Assembly: GCA_041675085.1 (NCBI GenBank)
Contig: JBAYUN010000001.1
Span: 9,829 to 73,828 of the forward strand
DNA from: Minisyncoccota bacterium
GTDB taxonomy: Bacteria; Patescibacteriota; Minisyncoccia; Phycocordibacterales; UBA9973
Direction of reading: 5' to 3'
Length of the DNA: 64,000 nucleotides
Of this stretch, positions 1 through 8,850 are shown piece after piece (within the stretch, counting starts at the first letter, position 1; every line of letters starts with the position of its first letter). Below the pieces are notes generated by a model, which ran no database searches, was not told where the DNA came from, and worked only from the letters and a program-made list of their open reading frames with translations. Both the position numbers and the translations under genes were made by a program.

Positions 1-683
1 TCTTCGCCTAAAATACCGTCCTTGATTTTGGTTAATAAGTGCTTATAGTCACTGTTAATTTCTGCCGTAATTTCTTTGACACTTTTACCACTTAATTTTA
101 ATTGCCAAAGTAGTTTCAAAAGCTCATCACCAACATCAATTTCCAAGGTTTTGTCATTTTCTTTTTTTCTAATCTCACTCCAGTTTTCTTGAATGTCTTT
201 TAAAGTTGTCCAATCGAAAATCTGAACATAACGACCCTCAGAAGAAATCAGGTGTGCGTTAATGTCTTTATTTTCGTCCGTGTCGACAATCATCAAACTT
301 GGTACGTTCTCTCTAGGCATATTTTTAGACCTAGGCGGGCAGATGATGTGTTCGTACGTAAATAGCTCCATATCTCCTCGATAGACCACATTAAAATCAA
401 ACTCTGATATAAGCTTCTTGACCTGACCCCTCAGTACCTCCACTTTTTTGGAATTGTTATGTTCCCATAAAAATGCTTCCTGCTTATCGTCAGTTGGCAC
501 ATCATCACTTTCAAGATTCTTTTTTAGCGTAGCAACCTGCTCAATGTAGTAGGGGTGGTCAAGAAATAAAGATATGAGCTTCGAGCGATTTTCTATGTAC
601 GGATTTTCTCCGTAATTTCGTTTCAGAATAATCTTTATTTCACCCAAGCGCTGTATTAATTTTTTAATAAATTGGTTAACCAT
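1..683 (-). CDS. hypothetical protein, 5'-complete, 3' end beyond window start (partial)
   Basis: Manual frame check: open minus-strand frame from ATG (complement of 681-683) to position 3 with no stop; 9 nt downstream of the DUF488 gene on the same strand. No recognisable motifs. Confidence 0.5.
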   Translation of the reverse strand, partial: MVNQFIKKLIQRLGEIKIILKRNYGENPYIENRSKLISLFLDHPYYIEQVATLKKNLESDDVPTDDKQEAFLWEHNNSKKVEVLRGQVKKLISEFDFNVVYRGDMELFTYEHIICPPRSKNMPRENVPSLMIVDTDENKDINAHLISSEGRYVQIFDWTTLKDIQENWSEIRKKENDKTLEIDVGDELLKLLWQLKLSGKSVKEITAEINSDYKHLLTKIKDGILGE

Positions 684-692
684 ATTTTAATA

Positions 693-1073
693 TTACTCTA
701 TATGCTCCACACTTACACCTCTAGCTTCAAATGAGGGGGTAAGAACTGAAAACCTGTGGCATTTTTTGAAATCACCCTCCGAGCACATCACACAAACTTT
801 TTTGCCAGTATTAACTGTTTCAACAAGCTCGTCTATTGTCTCCTCATACGCCGTGTTTTCGCCTAAGCCACCAAGATTAGACCCTTTGAATAGATAAGTT
901 ATATCTGCCTTAGCAAGCTCCTCTGAGAGGGCTTTTTGATTGAACTGAGGGCAGAACCTACTCCTTGGAAAACTCCTCACATCAACCAATATATCAATTT
1001 GATTATCTCGGAGTTTTTGTAAAAACTCCGAATACGCTCGACGACTATGACCGAAAGAAAAAATTTTTATCAT
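693..1073 (-). CDS. DUF488 family protein
   Basis: 126 aa; N-terminal 'IFSFGHS' and 'ILVDVRSFPRSR' match the DUF488 pattern (xIYTIGHS ... LVDVRxxPxSR). Confidence 0.7.
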   Translation of the reverse strand: MIKIFSFGHSRRAYSEFLQKLRDNQIDILVDVRSFPRSRFCPQFNQKALSEELAKADITYLFKGSNLGGLGENTAYEETIDELVETVNTGKKVCVMCSEGDFKKCHRFSVLTPSFEARGVSVEHIE

Positions 1074-1081
1074 TTTATTTT

Positions 1082-1654
1082 TTAATTTAATTCAAAAACT
1101 AAAGTATCCTTAGTTTCAGCTTTTTCAATCTCTAATGCATACGGAATAAAATCTTTAGGAACTTCATAGACAATTACTCCTTTTTCTTCAATACCTCTTC
1201 CTAAGTCTCGTCCGTCAATTGCACGCTTTTCTGCTCCAATAGCACCACTGCTTGTTGTTTGAAAAATATCGTAACTTACTCCATTACGATCAGAAAGTAG
1301 AATTCCATTAGGATATAATGTAAAAGTGCTATTTGTAGTATTTATAATTGATACATCAACCAGTATAAAAACTGTTGTGTCTTTTGAATATGTTGTGCCA
1401 AACAAAGCACCATTTATCGTGTTTACAACCTCAAAACCATTCACTCTTAATGATAGGGTGGCAAGTTGACCATCATCCCCGAATGGTACGATTGTTTGAC
1501 CCCTTGTTTCAGATGTCTTTGGTTTCGTATCCCAAGCATTATTTGTGGGCTTAAAAGCCACAAAAACACCACTCAGGGCGATTAAAAAAAGCAAGACGAT
1601 AATACTAAATTGGAAAGATTTTTGAGACATAGAATTATTGCAATCTACAATCAC
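1082..1654 (-). CDS. secreted/membrane-anchored hypothetical protein, possibly beta-sandwich (DUF4352-like)
   Basis: 190 aa; N-terminal hydrophobic signal/anchor (IIVLLFLIALSGVFVAF); rest is Thr/Asn-rich and beta-rich. Confidence 0.55.
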   Translation of the reverse strand: MIVDCNNSMSQKSFQFSIIVLLFLIALSGVFVAFKPTNNAWDTKPKTSETRGQTIVPFGDDGQLATLSLRVNGFEVVNTINGALFGTTYSKDTTVFILVDVSIINTTNSTFTLYPNGILLSDRNGVSYDIFQTTSSGAIGAEKRAIDGRDLGRGIEEKGVIVYEVPKDFIPYALEIEKAETKDTLVFELN

Positions 1655-2021
1655 GGGCTAGCTCATTTAGACTTGTTATTAACCCTTGTGCATTGGAAGT
1701 CTTACTCTGCGACAAAGCACGATTAGCGGTCGCTTCAAATCGTGTGCCTCGTGCTTTGTCCGCTATCACTTCAAGTCCAGCGACCACCATCTTATCTGTT
1801 ACTGAAACTTGATCTCCATTTACTATCTCTAGATATTGCTTGACCATAGCACAAAACGCTACGTCGTTACCCGATTGTGCCTGCTGTGTTGTCACAGGTG
1901 TAGGTGAAATAGTTTTCGTATTTGAGGCATTTGAAGCAATCACTACGAATAAGATAGTAATGATAATGACCAGAAACACAACTATATTGTTTACTTTAAC
2001 TTTTGCTTCTTTTTGTTCCAT
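1635..2021 (-). CDS. membrane-anchored hypothetical protein
   Basis: 128 aa; single N-terminal TM (VVFLVIIITILFVVIA); start codon directly follows the U-tract of the upstream terminator. Confidence 0.55.
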   Translation of the reverse strand: MEQKEAKVKVNNIVVFLVIIITILFVVIASNASNTKTISPTPVTTQQAQSGNDVAFCAMVKQYLEIVNGDQVSVTDKMVVAGLEVIADKARGTRFEATANRALSQSKTSNAQGLITSLNELARDCRLQ

Positions 2022-2053
2022 AAAAAATAAAAAGCTAGCTGATAATTGCTAGC
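2022..2053 (-). terminator. intrinsic terminator/attenuator abutting the start codon of the 1635..2021 gene
   Basis: Perfect palindrome GCTAGC-tgataatt-GCTAGC (2034-2053) followed on the minus strand by TTTTTATTTTTT, then ATG. Confidence 0.6.
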
Positions 2054-2228
2054 GTGGGTAAAACGCACAGAACCCTACGCCAGCTAGGACTTTCGTCCAC
2101 ATACCAGTTTCCCGATATGACCCACTCAAGAGTTGCTGAACGTAGGGTTCAGTATTCTTGAGTGGGTTTTGCAACCATATCCTAAAGTTTCGACGCTCTG
2201 AGGGGTTAGGTTGACTTTATTCAATTGT
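2054..2228 (-). ncRNA. structured ~200-nt 5' leader, riboswitch-like cis-regulatory RNA of unknown class
   Basis: GC-enriched relative to flanks. Minus sense contains an 11-bp perfect hairpin CCCACUCAAGA...UCUUGAGUGGG enclosing CUGAAC-CCUAC-GUUCAG, a GGAC-GAAA-GUCC tetraloop hairpin, and a downstream CGUAGGGUUC complementary to the first hairpin's interior (pseudoknot/antiterminator potential). Confidence 0.5.
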
Positions 2229-2229
2229 G

Positions 2230-2265
2230 ATTAAATTATAGCAAAAATACCCACTAAAGCAAAGA
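2230..2265 (-). promoter_or_regulatory. sigma70-type promoter for the leader and downstream operon
   Basis: Minus sense TTGCTT-16 nt-TATAAT (plus coordinates 2257-2262 and 2235-2240). Confidence 0.5.
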
Positions 2266-2331
2266 TATATTAGTAGGTTATACCAATCGAATATAATTTA
2301 AGTATAAATAAGAAAAAGTAAGTAACTTGAT

Positions 2332-4107
2332 TTAATCAAGTTGCTTGTAGTCAACCTTAAGGAATCGTTTTCTACGATTAAACCTCGCTCTAATGTGATC
2401 TTCGATGTTTAATTTTATTTGATTCTTTCGTTCTTCATTTTCAATTTTGTCTCTATTAAGAGTAAGAATATACTGAAAAGATTCACCCTTTTCCTCTTGT
2501 TCGGCTAGATAATTGAGGCTCTGTACTAATGTGTCTTGATCAACGTCAAATATATTATCGTGCACAAGAAACATTGGATGTCGGGTACTTGTATAAGCAT
2601 TAAGCATTAGAGCGATATCGTAAATAAAAACTTTGGTTCTGTCTACGCTGTGACTTCCATCATCTGGTATTCTGAAATCTAGTTTAACAATCTGTTTACT
2701 TGTAGCAGATTTCACTGTCTCAATGTCAAAAACAATTTCAGCATTACCCATAATATATTCGTGAATGCTGGTCAGAGTTTTATTAAAGTCACGAATAATT
2801 TTTTGTGTGTCAAAAATTTTGTCATCTAATTCTGAAAACAAGTTGTCTTTTTGTCGTTTAAGCGTATCAATCTCTCGGTCTATCCTTTCGTATTCATCGA
2901 GATTGGATGTTGTTGCGGAATACTGATCTTTTCTTCTTGAATATGTATAGAAACTTTCCTTTAAGCTACTTAAAACATCATTTTTATCCACATTAGTTAA
3001 GATCGCAGATCTCTTGTCATCTAATATGTTGAGTTCTTCTTGTATGCTTTTAATTTCTGATTTAATTTCTTCTGCTCTTTCATTAATTAGTAGATTCTGA
3101 TACTTTTCTATCTTCTTTTTGAAATTAACGACTTTTTCTATTGATTCAGAAACAACAGAACCTAATCCTGACTTAAACTTGTCGTATATTAACTGAACTT
3201 CAGAAATATTAATAGACTCAACTTTTGGCATTGATTCAATTCTTTTAATTTCGTATTTTAATGCTAGTTGTCTTGTACGTAGCTTATCTATTGATGCATT
3301 AATACTGACCAAATCATCTTGATTCTGCTGAAACAGTGGTTCTGTTTTGAACTTATCGAGTGCTTCCTCTACTCGTGATAAATCTAAATCTAAGGCATTT
3401 AATTCTGCCTTAACATCAGATATTTTTTTTGCACCAGAATCAGTTAGTCGATTTTTAATATGAGAGTACGTTTGGCTTTTTCCTTCAATAGTTTTAAGTA
3501 TTTTTTTTATTTCCGTTATTAAAATAGCATTTATATTGAAAAAATATAGGTGCGTTTTTGCTAGATTTGAGTAAGGAATCTTATCTCTGAGATCGTGACA
3601 ATTAACAATATCCTTAAACTCAGAATCCTCATCTCTTATTAGAGGACTTATCAGCTGTCTAAAGGTTGGGCGTTCAATATCAGCATCTATCTTGCCACCA
3701 TAAAATAGGTTCGTTAAATAGAGGAGTGCTTCATCCACACTCTTGTATATATTTACTTCATCCTCAGTCTCAATAATGGGTTTCGATGATTCAGCTTTTG
3801 TTCTTTCAATTGTTATGTCCTTACCATTAACTGATAAGTCTAGGCGTATTCTTACATCATCTTTAAATTTATCTAAAGGGATTTTAATTACACGACTTGA
3901 ATCCTCATCTTTTAATAAACAAAAATTGATAAATTCAACGCACATTGATTTCCCAACACCATTGGTTTTTTTATCTTTCCTTGTTTTTTCATTTGAGACT
4001 GTTTCTTTATCTGACACTTTTTCACCCAAAATAAGATTAATACCATCCTCAAAAATGATAGGCTCAAAAGTTTCTGGTATTGAATAAAGTTTTTTTAATT
4101 TAATCAT
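2332..4107 (-). CDS. ABC-3C-like ABC ATPase with long coiled-coil insert (SMC/RecF-like head)
   Basis: 591 aa; Walker A 'NGVGKSM' with an unusual ~20-aa insert (GEKVSDKETVSNEKTRKDKKT) in the P-loop region; ~350-aa coiled-coil region; C-terminal 'DDGSHS' signature-like motif, Walker B/D-loop 'MFLVHDNIFDVD'; 4-nt overlap with the upstream small ORF. Confidence 0.6.
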   Translation of the reverse strand: MIKLKKLYSIPETFEPIIFEDGINLILGEKVSDKETVSNEKTRKDKKTNGVGKSMCVEFINFCLLKDEDSSRVIKIPLDKFKDDVRIRLDLSVNGKDITIERTKAESSKPIIETEDEVNIYKSVDEALLYLTNLFYGGKIDADIERPTFRQLISPLIRDEDSEFKDIVNCHDLRDKIPYSNLAKTHLYFFNINAILITEIKKILKTIEGKSQTYSHIKNRLTDSGAKKISDVKAELNALDLDLSRVEEALDKFKTEPLFQQNQDDLVSINASIDKLRTRQLALKYEIKRIESMPKVESINISEVQLIYDKFKSGLGSVVSESIEKVVNFKKKIEKYQNLLINERAEEIKSEIKSIQEELNILDDKRSAILTNVDKNDVLSSLKESFYTYSRRKDQYSATTSNLDEYERIDREIDTLKRQKDNLFSELDDKIFDTQKIIRDFNKTLTSIHEYIMGNAEIVFDIETVKSATSKQIVKLDFRIPDDGSHSVDRTKVFIYDIALMLNAYTSTRHPMFLVHDNIFDVDQDTLVQSLNYLAEQEEKGESFQYILTLNRDKIENEERKNQIKLNIEDHIRARFNRRKRFLKVDYKQLD

Positions 4108-4349
4108 CGTTTATATATATATGGTTCAGCAAAATCAATAATTCCTGATTGATAAAGGAAAATAAGAGTAAACATAAACTGTCGATAGTTTAACGATCCA
4201 ATTTCTGCTTTTAGCTTTAAAAAAATATCGTCTAGCATAACTTTTTTTTCTTCTGTCTTGCTTATTTTTTTTAAAATTAAATAACCAAGATAAGGAGGTG
4301 AAGTTTTTAGTTTTTCATCTTTATTAATCATATTAATTAGGGAAAACAT
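4104..4349 (-). CDS. small alpha-helical protein, candidate ABC-3C middle component
   Basis: 81 aa; overlaps both neighbours (4104-4107 and 4333-4349), indicating translational coupling. Confidence 0.5.
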   Translation of the reverse strand: MFSLINMINKDEKLKTSPPYLGYLILKKISKTEEKKVMLDDIFLKLKAEIGSLNYRQFMFTLIFLYQSGIIDFAEPYIYKR

Positions 4350-5289
4350 TACACTTAATTAATTCGTCTAAGACATAAAATCGAATCGCTTGGTAGTCAT
4401 ATTTCTTACCTGATTTATTTAAACATTCTGAAAAGTATTCAGTTAGCATATCGATTGCTTTTTTGGGATCTCCGTTTGTTTGTGTAAGAAAAATATCGCT
4501 TTTTATTCTTAGAAAATTTCTAATGAAATTAATCTTTACTGAATCCAAACCAAGAGTATTGTCTACCTCGCTCCTCGCAAGTGAATACCTTGGCAATAGA
4601 TCTACTATTTGATCTCTTAGGAATTGAGAATACTCAGAAAACCTATGCTCAATTTTATTCTCAGGATCTGGTTCTTCCAGCCATTGTTTTGTTTCGTTAC
4701 TTTTATTCGTGCTAAGGAAAACCACTAGATCAGCTATAGTCTCAATTTCATTCGCTAATGTCGCTTCAGGAGCACGGTCTTTTTGACTATCAAACTCTTT
4801 TCTTAGAAAACTACATATCTCCTTTATTTTATCAATATCATCTAATGATCTAATTATGGTTGTCAGTCTAGATAAATCATATATATCTCTGTCTTGGTCG
4901 AAATCAATATTGTCAGGAGAAGTAAATTTTGATTTTGACGCAGTTCTCCTAGAGACAATTAACATAAATCTTAGCGAATCAAATCTTTCTGATAATTTAT
5001 GGTCATTAAATTTTTTAATCGTTTTATCAATTTTTGCTTTCTTTTTTTCAGAAGTAACCTGAAAAGATACTCTAGCGTCACTATCTCCAAGGTCGATTGC
5101 AGGGAAATTTAAATCGAGTTCATTTAAATTTATTAAGTTTAGTTTGAATACAAGATTAAGAAGTTTACAAAAAAAATCTTCTGAAAGACCATTGATATCA
5201 TTCAAACCATTCGTGTTGTGTATTTTAACCAGAGACTCTAAACGACTAAAATAACTTATGATTTCATTGATAAGATTTTGTCGTTCCAT
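4333..5289 (-). CDS. SMEK-like N-terminal domain protein, candidate ABC-3C effector component
   Basis: 318 aa; N-terminal motifs 'NGLNDINGLSEDFFCKLLNLVF', 'NFPAIDLGD', 'RVSFQVTS' match, from memory, the SMEK domain NCBI annotates on ABC-3C effector proteins; C-terminal region helical; no recognisable nuclease/HEPN motif. Confidence 0.5.
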   Translation of the reverse strand: MERQNLINEIISYFSRLESLVKIHNTNGLNDINGLSEDFFCKLLNLVFKLNLINLNELDLNFPAIDLGDSDARVSFQVTSEKKKAKIDKTIKKFNDHKLSERFDSLRFMLIVSRRTASKSKFTSPDNIDFDQDRDIYDLSRLTTIIRSLDDIDKIKEICSFLRKEFDSQKDRAPEATLANEIETIADLVVFLSTNKSNETKQWLEEPDPENKIEHRFSEYSQFLRDQIVDLLPRYSLARSEVDNTLGLDSVKINFIRNFLRIKSDIFLTQTNGDPKKAIDMLTEYFSECLNKSGKKYDYQAIRFYVLDELIKCNVFPN

Positions 5290-5430
5290 AATTCACTTAT
5301 TATAATATATTTTAAATTTAAAATATATAGTAACTTATTCCATAAAGCACAGAAAATAGTCGAAAACTCTATGTACTTCAACTCCAAAAAAGCTCCTCCC
5401 AATGCTGAGCAGACGGTTTCAAAAGGTTAT

Positions 5431-5922
5431 TTAATAATTAACTTTATGTTGCTTCAAAATGTTTTCCAAATACTCAATTCGTTGAGTTTTTTGTTGTAAT
5501 TGATACTTTAATACTCCATTAATCGAAAATTCCTCAGGGCATTTTCTTTCAAGAAACCAACGTACCATTTTCAAATCTCCGTTTACTATAGCGTTGTAAA
5601 TTGCAACTCTAGCAAGAAAAATTGGCGTGGTCTGCAAAAGTTCAATTTTGTTGCGAAACTCAGGATATTTATTGCAGTAACGATAAAAAGAATCTGTTGA
5701 AATATCCGCAAAACAACAAGCTTCTTTAGCTGTTGCACCAATTGAAAAAGCGTATTGTAGTTTCGCAATAACTACATCAACGTTTTTACCATCAAAAAGG
5801 GGTCTCCCTGTCTTAATGTTTGGATTCGACACGACCTTATAATAAGCAGATGGTTGAAGCAAAAAATCTTTCACGTTCAACTCCTCAACATCAATCTTCA
5901 TTTTGTAGCTTGTAATACTCAT
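5431..5922 (-). CDS. phage terminase small subunit-like HTH protein
   Basis: 163 aa; 'ATAKEACCFADISTDSFYRYC' HTH followed by 'MVRWFLERKCPEEF', resembling the TerS WxLERxxPExF motif. Confidence 0.4.
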   Translation of the reverse strand: MSITSYKMKIDVEELNVKDFLLQPSAYYKVVSNPNIKTGRPLFDGKNVDVVIAKLQYAFSIGATAKEACCFADISTDSFYRYCNKYPEFRNKIELLQTTPIFLARVAIYNAIVNGDLKMVRWFLERKCPEEFSINGVLKYQLQQKTQRIEYLENILKQHKVNY

Positions 5923-6052
5923 AGTGTTCTATATCCTAGTGGGTAATCTTTATTTATAAAAAATGTCATATTATAACGCTTATACTGCATAGCTTGGAAT
6001 GATTTGATAAAATCCAAATACTTCATTCCATCGTTTTACTTCACCTTGTAAG

Positions 6053-6313
6053 GTGTTCCATTCTATGCACAATGGGGTCACAAATTTAAATATGTACATA
6101 AAAGTCAGAGTTAAAGCCGGAGCTAAGAGGGACGAGATAGAGAAGGTGAATGAGAATACCTTTAATGTTGCGGTTAAAGCTGACGCTCGGCAGAATATGG
6201 CCAATAAAAGCGTAGTTCGGCTTGTAGCTAAATACCTAGAAATTGAGGAAAATAAAGTACGAATTATCAACGGACATCAAAGTCCTAGTAAGTTGATTTC
6301 TATTTTGGATTAA
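6053..6313 (+). CDS. yggU: DUF167 (YggU) family protein
   Basis: 'VRVKAGAKRDEI...FNVAVKADARQNMANKSVVRLVAKYLEI..NKVRIINGHQSPSK' fits DUF167; true start may be the internal Met at 6092. Confidence 0.7.
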   Translation: MFHSMHNGVTNLNMYIKVRVKAGAKRDEIEKVNENTFNVAVKADARQNMANKSVVRLVAKYLEIEENKVRIINGHQSPSKLISILD

Positions 6314-6322
6314 TGCGTAGAA

Positions 6323-7270
6323 TTATTTAGTATGCAGATGCAGATAAATATCTTCTAGAGCTTTGACTCCGTCGCCTGAGGCTATGTTGTTCTGATGATA
6401 CAGGACGTTGGTGCAGTCTCCCGCAGCCCAGACGCCTTCGGTAGTAGTCTTGTTTGTCCAAGGATCTATCTTGATACGGCCTATCTCGTCTAATTCTACG
6501 ACTTCTGAAGCAAAAGAAGTATTTGGTATCTGACCTATTTCTACGAAAATCCCAGAGACTTTTAGAGTCACTTCTTCATTAGTATTTTTATCACGATAGA
6601 CTATGCCGTCTACGAATTTGTCGCCTTCTACTCTCAAAATATCGACATTTTTAATGCCTTTGAATTTTGGATTTTTGGAAAGTTTCTCGACAGTGATTTC
6701 TTCGGCGCGGTATTCAGGGCTACGATGAAGTAAGGTGACAGAATTACAATAAGCGAGTAATTGAGAAGCAGATTCAAAACCAGCGTTACCTCCGCCGATA
6801 ACTACAACGTCCATACCTGAGAATACAGGTCCGTCGCAACTCGCACAATAGGTGAGACCTTTGTGTTCTAGTCGGTCAGCATTTTCAGCCACTAATTTCC
6901 TACGGCCACTACCGGACGATATTAAAATAGTTTTAGAAATAAATTCTGTACCGCTCTCGGTTTGTATAGTAAAAGTATTGTCTTGGTTTTTAGAGAGTTT
7001 GACGACTTTTTCACCTTCTTTGATTTCTAGAGTAGCCTCAGGATTAGTTTCACTTTTAGCATTCGCTAAAACATGACTTTTAAAGCTATTCGCTAAGTCA
7101 TTTCCAGTAATACTTGGTGAGCCTATCCAATTGTAAATATACTCAGATACAATACTCTGACCGCCCCATTCAGCGAGAACTAATAAAGTTTTCATTCTTT
7201 TACGAGCTGCATAAACACTAGCCGAAACACCCGCCGGACCACCTCCAATTATTATTAAATCGTATATCAT
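6323..7270 (-). CDS. trxB: thioredoxin-disulfide reductase
   Basis: 315 aa; N-terminal FAD motif 'IIIGGGPAG', redox 'CASCDG', second Rossmann 'VVVIGGGNAG'. Confidence 0.85.
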   Translation of the reverse strand: MIYDLIIIGGGPAGVSASVYAARKRMKTLLVLAEWGGQSIVSEYIYNWIGSPSITGNDLANSFKSHVLANAKSETNPEATLEIKEGEKVVKLSKNQDNTFTIQTESGTEFISKTILISSGSGRRKLVAENADRLEHKGLTYCASCDGPVFSGMDVVVIGGGNAGFESASQLLAYCNSVTLLHRSPEYRAEEITVEKLSKNPKFKGIKNVDILRVEGDKFVDGIVYRDKNTNEEVTLKVSGIFVEIGQIPNTSFASEVVELDEIGRIKIDPWTNKTTTEGVWAAGDCTNVLYHQNNIASGDGVKALEDIYLHLHTK

Positions 7271-7446
7271 ATGGATATTATATCATATTGGTATAAAAAA
7301 ATATCCAGAATTAGATCTTTGATTACTAAATAGAAAAAAACTAATATTATGTTTTTTCGGTACAGATTTTTTGAAGCTTAAAAAATCCTGAAGTTTGCTC
7401 GCCGTCGCTCGCAAAACCCCTCAAAACATAGTATTAGTTTTTTTTG

Positions 7447-8733
7447 CTATTTCTTATTTCTGCGTAAGAAAGCTGGTACTGCAGACCAATCATCACCTTC
7501 GTCGTCGATGATTATTTCTTCTATGACTTCAGGCTTTTTTTCTATCTTTTTTATAAAATCATTATTTTGAATATTATTTACAGGGATAGAGTTAGTAGTA
7601 GAACTGGGAGTGTTTGTATTGTTGTTTGCATTATTTGCATTCAAGATAGAATTATTTGAGCTTGAAGAATTGTTTTGGATACTGTTGTGAATTTCTCTTT
7701 TTGCTACGACTACGTTCTCTTCTTTTAATACAGGTTGATTTAGGATAGCTGTACTGAAAAGAGTTTTTCTTGGCATATCAGTAGGGAAGTTGGTAGCTAT
7801 GACTGTAACTTTCAATTCTCCTTTTTTGAGTTTTTGATCATTGATAGTTCCGAAAATAACTTTTGCGTCTTTGTCTATAGATTCGGTGATTATCTTTGCA
7901 GCTTCTTGGATTTCGTGGATAGTAACGTCGTCACCTCCAGAGATAGCAAAGAGTACTCCTTTAGCTCCATGAATAGAGACTTCGAGTAATGGAGAATTGA
8001 TAGCTTGTACAGCAGCTTTCTCTGCGCGGTTTTCGCCAGATGCAGATCCGATACCCATAAGAGCACTACCAGCGTCAGACATGATAGCTTTGATATCTGC
8101 AAAGTCTACGTTGATGATACCTGGAGTAGTGATAAGGTCTGAGATACCTTCGACAGCTTGGCGCAAGACATCGTCACAAGTAGAGAAAGCATCTTTAAAG
8201 TTAGTATTCTTTTCAGAGATTTGTAGTAGTTTGTCGTTCGGAATGATAATGATAGCGTCGACTTCTTTTGCTAATTCTTCGATACCTTTTTCTGCGAGTT
8301 TAGTGCGGTGATTTCCTTCAAAGAAGAAAGGCTTGGTGACTACACCAACAGTGAGGATACCTTGTTCTTTTGCACATCTTGCAATGATAGGAGCAGCACC
8401 TGTACCTGTACCTCCGCCCATACCACAAGCGATAAATATCATGTCAGCTCCTTTGATAACATCTTGGATTTCGGCTTTAGTTTCTTCGGCTGCTTTTTTA
8501 CCAATTTCAGGATTCATTCCAGCACCGAGACCTTTGGTTAGATTTTTACCAATGTGAATTTTCTTCTCTGCGAGAGAATTGTGTAAGTCTTGAGTATCTG
8601 TGTTCATCGCAATAAAAGTCACTCCTTTAACTTTGGAATTTATCATGTGATTGACTGCGTTCTTGCCAGAGCCTCCAACTCCGATGACTACGATACGAGC
8701 AAAACTTTCTATTTCTGGGTTTACTTTAGGCAT
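7447..8733 (-). CDS. ftsZ: cell division protein FtsZ
   Basis: 'GVGGSGKNAVNHM', 'GGGTGTGAAP' tubulin signature; Asn/Ser-rich low-complexity C-terminal linker. Confidence 0.95.
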   Translation of the reverse strand: MPKVNPEIESFARIVVIGVGGSGKNAVNHMINSKVKGVTFIAMNTDTQDLHNSLAEKKIHIGKNLTKGLGAGMNPEIGKKAAEETKAEIQDVIKGADMIFIACGMGGGTGTGAAPIIARCAKEQGILTVGVVTKPFFFEGNHRTKLAEKGIEELAKEVDAIIIIPNDKLLQISEKNTNFKDAFSTCDDVLRQAVEGISDLITTPGIINVDFADIKAIMSDAGSALMGIGSASGENRAEKAAVQAINSPLLEVSIHGAKGVLFAISGGDDVTIHEIQEAAKIITESIDKDAKVIFGTINDQKLKKGELKVTVIATNFPTDMPRKTLFSTAILNQPVLKEENVVVAKREIHNSIQNNSSSSNNSILNANNANNNTNTPSSTTNSIPVNNIQNNDFIKKIEKKPEVIEEIIIDDEGDDWSAVPAFLRRNKK

Positions 8734-8850
8734 GTTATTTTGAATTTTAAGTTAATAATTATAATACTTTATATGGAATATAATAGCAGAAAACAAAAAA
8801 AAGCAAAAGCTTACGTTTTTTGAAAAAAAGGGTATAAAAATCCTGTAAAT

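Noticed and set aside
2022-2260. Considered whether the GC-rich structured element is RNase P RNA, tmRNA, SRP RNA or 6S RNA.
   Set aside because: Too short for RNase P; GAAAGTCC-like and ACAGAACCC-like strings are on opposite strands; no tmRNA tag ORF/T-arm/CCA and no SRP domain IV motif. Kept as an unclassified cis-leader instead.
5980-6270. ORF 5980..6270 (-) overlapping the DUF167 gene.
   Set aside because: The plus-strand frame has a clear DUF167/YggU signature; the antisense ORF is low-complexity.
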